From Crocinitomicaceae bacterium (GTDB lineage Bacteria; Bacteroidota; Bacteroidia; Flavobacteriales_D; Crocinitomicaceae): DNA of 64,000 nucleotides. Shown here one piece after another: positions 27,625-36,445 of the stretch; position 1 is the first letter of the stretch, and every line of letters begins with the position of its first letter. The stretch covers positions 5,416 to 69,415 of the forward strand of contig JAWUWJ010000039.1 of assembly GCA_034111925.1 (NCBI GenBank), written 5' to 3'. The position numbers and the translations under genes are program-made. Below the pieces are notes generated by a model. The model was given only the letters and a program-made list of their open reading frames with translations, was not told the DNA's origin and ran no database searches.

Positions 27625-29178
27625 TTATTTCAGCTCTACCACTTTGAAGAATCCTCTTGAAGATATAAATCCTCCAGTTGCTCCGTACACATCCTTAATT
27701 CCAACCTGAATATCGGTAACAGGAGTAATAATCGCATTCATCATTGGCTGATTGATTATTGTTCCTGAATAGTCAGCAGCTCTTTGGTACGCTTCCGCTC
27801 CAATACTTGCATTGTTCGTTTTATCATAGAAAACAAAAGAATAAGTTATCGAAGAGGTAGTGGTATGCATGTAAACTGCACCTTCCAACTCGTATGTTTT
27901 TCCTGCTTTCAATGTAAACTCATCCGTTACCGAATTGTACCCAACACCATTCACAGCACTTGCCGATCCGAAACCAACATATCCACCTACGATTGCATCC
28001 GGTTGAACGAAAAGGTATTCTGGTGCTGTTGATGAAGCACTAATGACTCCAGCTGTGATATCAATTCCAGATCCTGCAGTATATGTTCCTGCTGGTCCTG
28101 TTGCTCCAATTGGTCCTTGTGGTCCTACTGCTCCATCGATTCCGTCAACACCATCTAATCCATTCGCACCAGTTGTTCCTGTTAATCCCATTGGGCCCGT
28201 TGCTCCAATTGGTCCTTGTGGTCCAACCGCACCATCAATTCCGTCAACACCGTTGATTCCGTTTGCGCCAGCAAGTCCTACTGCTCCGTCAATTCCATCA
28301 ACGCCATCGATTCCATTTGATCCATCCAACCCTGGTAAACCTAAAGGCCCTTGTGGTCCAACGGCTCCGTCAATACCATCGATTCCGTTTGCTCCAGCAA
28401 CTCCTGCTACACCGTCAACTCCATCAACACCATCAATTCCATTTGAACCATCTAACCCTGGTAAACCTTGTGGTCCTGTTGCGCCATCAATTCCGTCAAC
28501 TCCATCGATTCCATTTGATCCAGCTGGCCCAACTGTCCCGTCCAACCCTGTTAAACCTTGTGGTCCTGTTGCTCCGGCAGCTCCGGCCAAACCGTCAATT
28601 CCATCGATTCCGGCAGCTCCATCAATACCATCAGTACCATTCGTACCGTTTGTACCATTTAATCCATTTGCACCCGTAAGTCCAGTTGGTCCCGGCTGAC
28701 CATTTACCCCGTTTGTACCGTTTGAACCATTCGATCCAGCAGGCCCTTGTGCCCCCTGTGGTCCAGGTGTTGAATTTCCTGAGTTAGCTGCATACAATGC
28801 ATAAGGAACGCTCATTAATTGACTCGTCCCGGAAATGCTATACGCTGTTCCACCAGTTGGATCTGTTTCAGTTAAAATATAAAAGGGTCCATTCGACCAG
28901 TCAATTGTCGTGAAACTTCCCAATAGAACAAGTCCAGTTCCAATCTCTGTACTAACCAATCCATTGATATTGGTAGAAGGTGTTTGTACTTCTGAATAAA
29001 TTGGTGTACCGTTAATCGAGTCACTGATTATCGTTATCTGCATTCCAACGGATTGGTTTGTAATCAAAGATTGATTCGCGTCTCTAATTACTGCTTGATA
29101 GCTCATTTTTTCAGGTGCTTGAGCATAAGCACTTGCGGTAAGTAATACCGCTCCTATAAAAGTTATTATTCTTTTCAT
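27625..29178 (-). CDS. secreted collagen-like triple-helix repeat protein with globular N- and C-terminal domains
   Basis: Signal peptide MKRIITFIGAVLLTASAYAQA. The N-terminal domain (EKMSYQAVIRD...QLMSVPYALYA) is followed by 76 uninterrupted G-X-Y triplets (aa 139-366) and a roughly 150-aa beta-rich C-terminal domain. Confidence 0.85.
   Translation of the reverse strand: MKRIITFIGAVLLTASAYAQAPEKMSYQAVIRDANQSLITNQSVGMQITIISDSINGTPIYSEVQTPSTNINGLVSTEIGTGLVLLGSFTTIDWSNGPFYILTETDPTGGTAYSISGTSQLMSVPYALYAANSGNSTPGPQGAQGPAGSNGSNGTNGVNGQPGPTGLTGANGLNGTNGTNGTDGIDGAAGIDGIDGLAGAAGATGPQGLTGLDGTVGPAGSNGIDGVDGIDGATGPQGLPGLDGSNGIDGVDGVDGVAGVAGANGIDGIDGAVGPQGPLGLPGLDGSNGIDGVDGIDGAVGLAGANGINGVDGIDGAVGPQGPIGATGPMGLTGTTGANGLDGVDGIDGAVGPQGPIGATGPAGTYTAGSGIDITAGVISASSTAPEYLFVQPDAIVGGYVGFGSASAVNGVGYNSVTDEFTLKAGKTYELEGAVYMHTTTSSITYSFVFYDKTNNASIGAEAYQRAADYSGTIINQPMMNAIITPVTDIQVGIKDVYGATGGFISSRGFFKVVELK
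28081..28764 (-). repeat. coding G-X-Y triplet array (76 triplets) with internal longer repeats
   Basis: Gly occurs at every third residue from aa 139 to 364. Recurring modules include GSNGIDGVDGIDGA(T/V)GPQG and GPQGPIGATGP. Pro is rare, and X/Y positions are mostly I/V/L, D, N, T, A. Confidence 0.9.
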
Positions 29179-29191
29179 AATTCGTAATTTT

Positions 29192-29677
29192 TTAATTCTT
29201 AATTATTTTGAAAGTCTTCATGATTGTTTTGCCATCACTTACTTTTAAAAAATATGTTGATGGAGGAAAACGCATCATTTCAATGATTGTTTTGTTTTGA
29301 TTTAACACGTCATTGGCAAGTTCTCTTCCGCTCAAGTCATACAAGACATAGTCTAATTTGTCGAGAGGAAAATCATTTACATCTAAGGTTAAATAATCGA
29401 TTGTCGGATTCGGATAAATCTCAAACCCCAAGGTGATTGCGTCATACGACTTGACTCCTACAATAGAAGAAATTTCGTAAGCTTGTTGAACACCTTGCGC
29501 TACTGTGCCATCGACTCCAGAGTTCGTTACATAAAACACTTGACCGATTGAATAACTCAATGACCCATTCCCAGTAGCATCTCCTCCAGCAGAAAGAGTT
29601 GTTTCTTGCGCATGCAAACTTGACAGGCCGAAGCCAAAAAGAAGGACGCCCAAGAGCATTGTTTTTTTTCGTTCCAT
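29192..29677 (-). CDS. small secreted protein with T9SS C-terminal sorting domain
   Basis: Signal peptide, then the segment TTLSAGGDATGNGSLSYSIGQVFYVTNSGVDGTVAQGVQQAYEIS, then a CTD (IYPNPTIDYLTLDV...YDLSGRE...STYFLKVSDG). It ends 13 nt upstream of the collagen-like gene. Confidence 0.8.
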   Translation of the reverse strand: MERKKTMLLGVLLFGFGLSSLHAQETTLSAGGDATGNGSLSYSIGQVFYVTNSGVDGTVAQGVQQAYEISSIVGVKSYDAITLGFEIYPNPTIDYLTLDVNDFPLDKLDYVLYDLSGRELANDVLNQNKTIIEMMRFPPSTYFLKVSDGKTIMKTFKIIKN

Positions 29678-29747
29678 AGTAAATTATTTAAGTGATTAAT
29701 TATTGAACTAAAACTAAGGTGCCTTGGTACTAATGTGCTGCATAAAG

Positions 29748-29780
29748 CTTCCCATCAAAGGAGATTAATTTCCCAACGTT
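29748..29780 (-). promoter_or_regulatory. paired direct repeat, site D (AACGTTGGGAAA / TTTGATGGGAAG on the minus strand, 21-bp register)
   Basis: The plus strand reads cttcccatcaaa at 29748 and tttcccaacgtt at 29769. The proximal repeat lies 71 nt from start codon 29677. TAGTTTTA (rc of 29709-29716) follows after 31 nt. Confidence 0.55.
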
Positions 29781-29845
29781 GGAATTGGTGCTTTTCGAGT
29801 CAGATAAATTCTAAAAATATTTGAGTCCATATTTCGCTTCCCGAA

Positions 29846-29877
29846 ACATTAGGAAATCGATTACTGTCTTTGGGAAG
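29846..29877 (+). promoter_or_regulatory. paired direct repeat, site G (ACATTAGGAAAT / GTCTTTGGGAAG, 20-bp register)
   Basis: It faces the plus-strand gene at 29945, 68 nt away. TATATTTC at 29908-29915 follows after 30 nt. Confidence 0.5.
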
Positions 29878-29944
29878 ACGGCCTTGAGCTCCTTATAAAC
29901 TCTCCAGTATATTTCATTTTACAACAACTAATATTTTAGAAATT

Positions 29945-30589
29945 ATGAGAGAAATAATTACACTTATTTGCAGCGTATTTTTAATAGGAACAAGTTTTAA
30001 TGGCAATGCTCAGGAAGACATGGAAAATTATACATTGGATGCGAACGAAAAAATTATTGGATGCAAGATTGTAGCCATTAAAAAGAGCGGCGATGTTGGC
30101 AAGGTTAAAAGTATTATTGGATCTAAATTAAACTTGCGAATACATCGAGATAACGTTTATAGAGTTACTATTAACGAAGAAAAAGTGTACTATCTGCAAT
30201 ACACAGCACAAACAGGATTTGACGAAGTTGATGGAATCAAGATTACCAAGCATGATATGCTTGCATCATGGGCAGTTAGTTCGGATGAAGCTGCTAAGTC
30301 AGATGTGGGGCTAAAATATCGTGTTCAAATTGGAGCATTCACCAGTGAGCTTTCCATTAACCCATTGAAAAAACTTGGTCAATTGTATACAGAAGAAATC
30401 GATGGAGGAATTACCAGATACATGATTGGATCTTTTATATCCGAAAGAGATGCGGTTAATTCCTTAAATGAGATTAAAAAAATGGGATATCTAAATGCTT
30501 TTACTGTAATCTGTTATAATGGCAAAAGGGTCTCATTCAAAGAAGCTAGAGCAATTATGGAACAACCTTCAAGTGTGACGTCAAATTAG
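29945..30589 (+). CDS. secreted protein with C-terminal SPOR-like (peptidoglycan-binding) domain
   Basis: Signal peptide MREIITLICSVFLIGTSFNGNAQ. The C-terminus YRVQIGAFTSELS...TRYMIGSFISERDAVNSLNEIKKMGYLNAFTV fits the SPOR pattern (Y-x-V-Q-x-G-A-F ... G-x-F ... A ... G ... A-F). Confidence 0.55.
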   Translation: MREIITLICSVFLIGTSFNGNAQEDMENYTLDANEKIIGCKIVAIKKSGDVGKVKSIIGSKLNLRIHRDNVYRVTINEEKVYYLQYTAQTGFDEVDGIKITKHDMLASWAVSSDEAAKSDVGLKYRVQIGAFTSELSINPLKKLGQLYTEEIDGGITRYMIGSFISERDAVNSLNEIKKMGYLNAFTVICYNGKRVSFKEARAIMEQPSSVTSN

Positions 30590-30693
30590 AATCCATAAAA
30601 CTGAAGAGGCTTGTGCCTTGGTTTTACCATAAGATTTTCATCGCTGAACTGAGCTTACAATTGACCATTCGGAATTTAAACCACTTTATAGAA

Positions 30694-31686
30694 TTAATGC
30701 GATCCTCTTTCGATGAATTCGCAGGGAAGAATAAAATGTTCTCCTGGTGTTTTCGATTCTTTCAATCTTGAATACAAACGATCTACAGACTGCAAAGCAA
30801 TATCTAATATTGGTTGGCGGAAAGCACTAATCGGAGGATTCATATACTCGAACGCTTCGTTGTCATCAAATGAAATTAGTCGTACTTCACTCGGGATTTG
30901 CACGCCTGCTTTATTCAATGCCGACAATGTTGGAAGTGTACATCTGTTGTTCAATGCAACAAAAGAATCAGTTCCGTTCTTTAACTCAGCTGCAATTTGT
31001 TGGTCAATTTTCTCTTGATCATCGGACAAGTCCAAATAGCCAAAATCAATCCCTGATTTTTCACAGGCTTCTTTCGTTCCTTCAATTCTATCTTGAATTG
31101 TTGAAACATTTGATGGTGATGGAACCAAAGCAACAACGCGCTTTGGTTTTACAGAGAAGAATTCAATCAATTTTCCTCCTTCACCTTTATTGTCCAATCC
31201 AACGTAATCCGCGTTCTCATCACCAGGTCTGTCTGTAAAGACAACAGGAATGTGCGTTTCAAGTAAAATTGGAATTAAATCTTTAATGTTATTACTCGGA
31301 GCGATAATCATACCATCGATACTTCTTTGAATCAATTCTCGCATGAGCACTTTTTCAAGTTCCATATCATCGTTAGTATTCACGATAAATGTATTGTATC
31401 CTGATTCGTATAATTTCTCTTGAACCGTTTTACTTATCTCAGCGTAAAACGCATTAGAAATGTCTGGAAGCACCAATCCTATCGTTTTAGTTTCTCCTTG
31501 ACGAAGACTCTTTGCAAAGAAGTTGGGGACGTAAGAAAGTTCTTTGGCCTTTTCTTTAATCAGCCTTTGTTTTTCCTTACTGATATTAAATTGATCTCCC
31601 TTATCGTTGAGAACGAAAGAAACAGTTGCTTTCGAAACATTTAGGGCTTTCGCGATGTCATTTAACGACGTTCTTTTCGTTTTCAT
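30694..31686 (-). CDS. LacI family transcriptional regulator
   Basis: N-terminal HTH SLNDIAKALNVSKATVSFVLN, followed by a periplasmic-binding-protein-like sugar-binding fold. 330 aa. Confidence 0.9.
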   Translation of the reverse strand: MKTKRTSLNDIAKALNVSKATVSFVLNDKGDQFNISKEKQRLIKEKAKELSYVPNFFAKSLRQGETKTIGLVLPDISNAFYAEISKTVQEKLYESGYNTFIVNTNDDMELEKVLMRELIQRSIDGMIIAPSNNIKDLIPILLETHIPVVFTDRPGDENADYVGLDNKGEGGKLIEFFSVKPKRVVALVPSPSNVSTIQDRIEGTKEACEKSGIDFGYLDLSDDQEKIDQQIAAELKNGTDSFVALNNRCTLPTLSALNKAGVQIPSEVRLISFDDNEAFEYMNPPISAFRQPILDIALQSVDRLYSRLKESKTPGEHFILPCEFIERGSH

Positions 31687-31755
31687 AAGTGGTTATAGTA
31701 GTCTGGTATCAATGTACAAAAAATATACTTCTTTTGGTTATAAGAAGATAAACAA

Positions 31756-32559
31756 TTAAGGAAGCTTTGCAACCATTGCCTCAAACTCTGTTTTATAGCT
31801 CTTTTCTCCAACACAACCGTATGTAATCGCTAGGTTTTGGAAATTTTCAATTCTATCGTCAGGATTTGGATGTGTACTCAAAAACTCAGGTGGAGTATCG
31901 CCACCTAACTCTGTGATTTTCTGAAAGAATCCTCCTCCTGCACCTGCATTATAGTCCGTTGGACAAAGATATTTCACCGAGCGCTCGTCTGCTTCTGTTT
32001 CGTGTTTACGAGAAAATTTCAATCCAACTAGAGCGCTTGTTACTTGCCCAATTGCTGATTGATCACCCAAAACAGCAGAAAGCAAAACTTGAACTCCAAG
32101 CATTTTACTCATTTGTCGCGTAGAGTGACGCATGTCTGCATGTCCGATTTCGTGGCCTAAAACACCTGCAAATTCATCTTCTGTTTCCAAAAACTTAAGG
32201 ATTCCAGTGTAAATATATATATAACCGCCTGGTGTACAGAAAGCGTTCATTGTACTGTCGTTATCGATGATTCGCAATCTCCAATCGAAATCATCTTTGA
32301 AATCTACTTCACCTGAGTTTAAAATCTTGTCTCTGACTTTATAAATGTATTTGTAAACATCCGCGTATTCCACTGAATCCAAAAGGGGAAACTGAGCGGT
32401 ATCGGCATCAATTTGACCCGCAACTTGTGCGCCCAACTCTTTGTCTTGTTCAATGGTAAAAAGGTTCATGCCTTTTCCTTTGTTCTTTTTGTTCACGACA
32501 CCACATGCGGCAATTAGAAATGCAGATACTATTACGAGGGAGATATTGAGATTTTTCAT
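31756..32559 (-). CDS. M48 family metallopeptidase lipoprotein
   Basis: HEIGHADMRH (HExxH) is present with a downstream E. Start moved to ATG (rc of 32557-32559), which gives MKNLNISLVIVSAFLIAACG, a signal plus lipobox. Confidence 0.8.
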   Translation of the reverse strand: MKNLNISLVIVSAFLIAACGVVNKKNKGKGMNLFTIEQDKELGAQVAGQIDADTAQFPLLDSVEYADVYKYIYKVRDKILNSGEVDFKDDFDWRLRIIDNDSTMNAFCTPGGYIYIYTGILKFLETEDEFAGVLGHEIGHADMRHSTRQMSKMLGVQVLLSAVLGDQSAIGQVTSALVGLKFSRKHETEADERSVKYLCPTDYNAGAGGGFFQKITELGGDTPPEFLSTHPNPDDRIENFQNLAITYGCVGEKSYKTEFEAMVAKLP

Positions 32560-32615
32560 ATTCTTGGTTTGATACACTATTATAACAAGATTCTTGCCAA
32601 AATAGTATGTGTTAG

Positions 32616-33260
32616 TTAGTAAAGATAAGTGATTGTAAAAGTGAGAAAAGCACCTAGAAACCATCCGACGATAACCTCGGTCATGTCATGTTTCTTAAGG
32701 TATAATCGGGCTGACATTACTATTCCAGAGGCCAAAATAGGCACGATAATAATGCCCAAATGGTATTCAGCATGGCCAAGTGCGTAGGCGAAAAGAAATC
32801 CAAAAGCAATTCCAGCGCCTGCTGCGTGAATACTCACTTTTTTCCAAATATTAAGGAAGAACTGAGCCATGGCAACTGCAATGCCAGACAATGCTAAACC
32901 AAAAATGTACTTCGGCGCATGAAACTCGCTGAATTGCATTTCAAGGAATATATAAAGGGCTGTGCAATAGGCAAGGGTAATTAAAATGGGCAAATTCCGC
33001 TCCGACTTATCATCCATTTCAATCGTTGAAATCATTCCCGACGCCATCATAATCATGTAAGACACACCTGGTAAAATCATTCCGAATAACGCAAAATCAA
33101 TTAAGACGACATTTTTGTTCTGATCAAACATTAAGTACATGCAGTCTTCGTTGAAGATATAATCTTGATCTGAAGGGATGTACATAACGGCCAACAGTGC
33201 ATACATTGGCATAAAAAGAGGCAAAAACACCCAAGAACTTATTTGCGAAATTAACTTCAT
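32616..33260 (-). CDS. integral membrane protein, PAP2-like
   Basis: Six TM helices. SIHAAG and SARLYLKKHDMTEVIVGWFLG resemble PAP2 motifs C2/C3 (SGH; SR-x5-H-x3-D/E). ATG overlaps the rpoN stop as TAATG. Confidence 0.45.
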   Translation of the reverse strand: MKLISQISSWVFLPLFMPMYALLAVMYIPSDQDYIFNEDCMYLMFDQNKNVVLIDFALFGMILPGVSYMIMMASGMISTIEMDDKSERNLPILITLAYCTALYIFLEMQFSEFHAPKYIFGLALSGIAVAMAQFFLNIWKKVSIHAAGAGIAFGFLFAYALGHAEYHLGIIIVPILASGIVMSARLYLKKHDMTEVIVGWFLGAFLTFTITYLY

Positions 33261-34702
33261 TAAAGTTCTTTTCTAAGCCTTGCCACTGGAATATTCAATT
33301 GCTCTCTGTATTTCGCGACAGTTCTTCGAGCGATATTGTATCCTTTATCCTTTAGAAGGATGGCCAGTTTTTCGTCTGTTAATGGCTTACGCTTTTCTTC
33401 GCCGTCTACGGCTTCGCTTAAGATCTTTTTCACTTCTCTAGTAGAAACTTCTTCACCAGAATCCGTCGATAACGACTCGGAGAAGAAATATTTTAAAGAA
33501 TGAATTCCGTGATCCATTTGAACGTATTTACTATTTGCAACACGTGAGATCGTTGAAATATCAAGACTCACTATTTCAGCGATATCTTTCAAAATCATTG
33601 GTCTCATGTTCGTTTCGTCGCCCGTAAGAAAGTACTGTTTCTGGTAATTCATGATCGCGTCCATTGTCAAAAGCAAAGTGTTCTGACGTTGTTTAATCGC
33701 ATCGATGAACCATTTCGCTCCGTCCAATTTTTGCTTTACAAACGTCAAAGCTTCTTTGTCTGCTTTCGATGGTTTCGCGCCTTCTGCGTATTTCTGTAGC
33801 ATTGATTTATAATCTCTGCTCACTTTCAATTCAGGTGCATTACGACCATTCAGCGTTAAAACCAAGCGCCCCTCATTCTCAGTGATCATAAAATCAGGAA
33901 TGATCTGCTGAAAATTACGCGCTGCTTCTTTACTCGATCCACCCGGTTTTGGATTTAACTTAACGATTTCTGCAATCGCATCTTTTAAATCTTCATCAGT
34001 GATCTCTAACTTCTTTAATATTTTCGTGTAGTGCTTCTTTGTAAACTCCTCAAAGAAATCCTCTAAAATCTTCTTTGCTGTATATTTAGTAATGTCGCCA
34101 TCTTGCTTGCGATTGATTTGAATCAGCAAACATTCTTGTAAATTTCTTGCGCCAACTCCTGCAGGATCTAAATCTTGAATAACCATCAAAACCTCTTCAA
34201 CCTCTTCCTCAGAAGTCATGACATTTGCAGAGAAAGCAAGATCATCAACAAGTGCTTCCACCTCACGATTTAAATAACCTGATTCGTCAAGATTTCCAAT
34301 AATCGTTGTTGCGATTACAAACTTCGTATCGTCGAAATTCAAAAGATGTAAATGCTCCGTTAAGCGTTCTTGAAATGTTAAATCTCCAGAAAGCGGAATG
34401 ACTTTTTCGTCATCATCTTTTCCTTTGTTGCTTATTTGAGTTTTATAATCAGCGTCATCGCTTAGGTAATCGCCGATATCAAAATCTTCGTCTTCCTTAA
34501 CGCTTTCTTCTTGTTCTTCTTCCTCGCTAAAATCGTCTTCGTCCACTTCAGCTCCTTCTTCGAGCGCAGGATTCTCTTCAATTTCTTGCTTGATTCGTTG
34601 ATCCAGCTCCATTGTAGGCACCTGTAACAACTTCATTAACTGAATCTGTTGAGGCGATAGTCGCTGCTCTAACTTATGAGATAAGTATTGTTTTAATGCC
34701 AT
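33260..34702 (-). CDS. rpoN: RNA polymerase sigma-54 factor
   Basis: The N-terminal Q/L-rich region I is followed by an acidic region, an HTH, and the RpoN box ARRTVAKYREQLNIP near the C-terminus. Confidence 0.95.
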   Translation of the reverse strand: MALKQYLSHKLEQRLSPQQIQLMKLLQVPTMELDQRIKQEIEENPALEEGAEVDEDDFSEEEEQEESVKEDEDFDIGDYLSDDADYKTQISNKGKDDDEKVIPLSGDLTFQERLTEHLHLLNFDDTKFVIATTIIGNLDESGYLNREVEALVDDLAFSANVMTSEEEVEEVLMVIQDLDPAGVGARNLQECLLIQINRKQDGDITKYTAKKILEDFFEEFTKKHYTKILKKLEITDEDLKDAIAEIVKLNPKPGGSSKEAARNFQQIIPDFMITENEGRLVLTLNGRNAPELKVSRDYKSMLQKYAEGAKPSKADKEALTFVKQKLDGAKWFIDAIKQRQNTLLLTMDAIMNYQKQYFLTGDETNMRPMILKDIAEIVSLDISTISRVANSKYVQMDHGIHSLKYFFSESLSTDSGEEVSTREVKKILSEAVDGEEKRKPLTDEKLAILLKDKGYNIARRTVAKYREQLNIPVARLRKEL

Positions 34703-34756
34703 GGTTGGTTTGTTTGAGTAATGTACGTTTTATTTTACTAAAACCGTGCCGCACCT

Positions 34757-36196
34757 TTAGAATTCAGCATTTTGCGGGGTTCTAGGGAAAGGAATTACAT
34801 CGCGAATATTCGTCATTCCAGTCACAAACATTACCATTCTTTCAAATCCAAGTCCAAATCCAGCATGCGGAACTGTTCCAAATTTACGTGTATCCAAGTA
34901 CCACCAAAGGTCTTCTTCAGGAATATTGAAGTCCGCACATTTCGATTTCAAAACATCCAAACGTTCCTCTCTTTGTGAACCACCAACGATCTCGCCAATT
35001 CCAGGGAAAAGGACATCCATTGCGGCAACCGTTTTACCATCATCATTTTGACGCATGTAAAAGGCTTTAATCTCCGATGGATAATCGGATAAAATCACAG
35101 GGCATTTGAATTCTTTCTCAACCAAATATCTTTCGTGTTCACTTGACAAATCAACTCCCCACTTCACATCGTATTTGAATTTTCCTTTCTTGTATGGTTT
35201 TGATCTTTGCAGCACTTCGATTGCTTCGGTATACGTCAATCGTTTGAAATCATTCTCAACGACAAAACTCAACCTGTCTTTTAAAGACATTTCATTTCGT
35301 TCCGCCGTAGGCTTTTGAGAGTCCTCTTTGGCTTCACGATCGTTTAAGAATTGTAAATCATCTGCACAGTTATCGAGGATATACTTTGAGATATATTTCA
35401 AGAACTCTTCTGTAAGATCCATGTTGTCATTCAAATCATTGAACGCAACCTCAGGCTCAATCATCCAAAATTCAGCCAAATGGCGCGATGTGTTTGAATT
35501 CTCCGCTCTAAACGTTGGACCGAATGTGTAAACTTGACCTAAAGCCAAAGCTCCCAACTCTGCTTCCAACTGACCAGAAACCGTAAGATTGACTGCCTTA
35601 CCGAAAAAGTCTTTTGAGTAATCAATGTTTCCTTCTTCATCCAATGGCGGGTTAAGAGGGTCAAAGTTTGTTACTTTAAATGTTTCTCCTGCACCTTCAG
35701 CATCTGACGCAGTAACGATTGGTGTATGTAAATAAAAGAATCCTTCGTCGTTAAAGAACTTGTGAATCGCATAAGCAACAGCATGACGAATTCTGAAAAT
35801 AGCGCCAAACGTATTCGTTCTAAAACGAAGGTGGGCTTGTTCTCTCAAAAATTCAAGGCTGTGTTTTTTAGGTTGCATTACCGTTTTCTGAACTTCTTCA
35901 GGGTTTGCTTCTCCAATAACTTCAACATTTTCAACCTCAATTTCCATTGCTTGACCTGCTCCTTGAGATGCAACCAATTTACCAGACACAGCAACTGATG
36001 CAGCTGTTGTAATTTTCTTCAATAAAGCCTCGTCCAAATTTTCAAAGTCAACAACCGCTTGGATATTATTGATTGTAGAACCGTCGTTTATGGATATAAA
36101 TCGATTGCTCCTAAAAGCTCTAACCCATCCTTTAACCAATACGTCGTTTCCTACCTGTCCGTTTTTCAGGACTTCAGCGATTTTTTCTCTTTTCAT
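34757..36196 (-). CDS. asnS: asparagine--tRNA ligase
   Basis: [20 protein letters not shown] (OB-fold N-terminus), [21 protein letters not shown], and [12 protein letters not shown] are present. Start moved to ATG (rc of 36194-36196). Confidence 0.95.
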   Translation of the reverse strand: MKREKIAEVLKNGQVGNDVLVKGWVRAFRSNRFISINDGSTINNIQAVVDFENLDEALLKKITTAASVAVSGKLVASQGAGQAMEIEVENVEVIGEANPEEVQKTVMQPKKHSLEFLREQAHLRFRTNTFGAIFRIRHAVAYAIHKFFNDEGFFYLHTPIVTASDAEGAGETFKVTNFDPLNPPLDEEGNIDYSKDFFGKAVNLTVSGQLEAELGALALGQVYTFGPTFRAENSNTSRHLAEFWMIEPEVAFNDLNDNMDLTEEFLKYISKYILDNCADDLQFLNDREAKEDSQKPTAERNEMSLKDRLSFVVENDFKRLTYTEAIEVLQRSKPYKKGKFKYDVKWGVDLSSEHERYLVEKEFKCPVILSDYPSEIKAFYMRQNDDGKTVAAMDVLFPGIGEIVGGSQREERLDVLKSKCADFNIPEEDLWWYLDTRKFGTVPHAGFGLGFERMVMFVTGMTNIRDVIPFPRTPQNAEF

Positions 36197-36217
36197 TTTT
36201 CTGCTTATTTGAACGAG

Positions 36218-36225
36218 CAAAGATA
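36218..36225 (-). promoter_or_regulatory. -7 promoter box TATCTTTG for asnS
   Basis: The reverse complement of caaagata is TATCTTTG, 22 nt upstream of the asnS ATG. It lies within a 21-nt block identical to the lysS promoter. Confidence 0.55.
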
Positions 36226-36237
36226 GTGAATTCGATT

Positions 36238-36315
36238 GTTAGAATTTAGATTTTGGATGTTAGAATTTAGAGACTAGACTTTATAAGGAGGAATATCTAA
36301 ATTCTAATATTCAAA
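36238..36315. repeat. intergenic repeat cluster: GTTAGAATTTAGA x2 (21-bp register) plus inverted TCTAAATTCTAA within ATCTAAATTCTAATATTCAAA
   Basis: gttagaatttaga occurs at 36238 and 36259. atctaaattctaatattcaaa at 36295-36315 is 20/21 identical to 38580-38600. Confidence 0.8.
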
Positions 36316-36445
36316 AGAGGATTGTTCCGTGTTAAAATTCACTGCTCGCATTCAAATCGAATCATCAAAAAGCAATAATACGCCGTAAACGCAAGTTTCG
36401 CCTCCAATTGAACACAAATGAATAATACACACCATTAATAGAAGT

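Noticed and set aside
28043-28699. 218-aa and 138-aa plus-strand ORFs (Pro-rich PxxPxx; Q/H/L-rich) inside the collagen-like gene
   Set aside because: They are the antisense reading of the G-X-Y array. GGN codons read as NCC (Pro) on the opposite strand. They have no start context or independent signal, and the minus-strand gene has a signal peptide, flanking domains and a terminator.
29719-29730. GGCACC-containing stretch as a possible sigma-54 (-24/-12) promoter, given rpoN in the window
   Set aside because: The -12 element (TTGC) is absent at the required spacing. No convincing TGGCAC-N5-TTGC was seen elsewhere in the intergenic regions I read.
29837-29848. Extra half-site-like CTTCCCGAAACA (minus orientation) in the divergent region
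   Set aside because: It has no partner 20-21 bp away and overlaps the distal half of pair G. I did not count it as an independent site.
32560-32664. N-terminal extension of the M48 peptidase ORF overlapping the PAP2-like gene
   Set aside because: The internal ATG yields a canonical lipoprotein signal peptide, and the extension would overlap the upstream gene by 49 nt.
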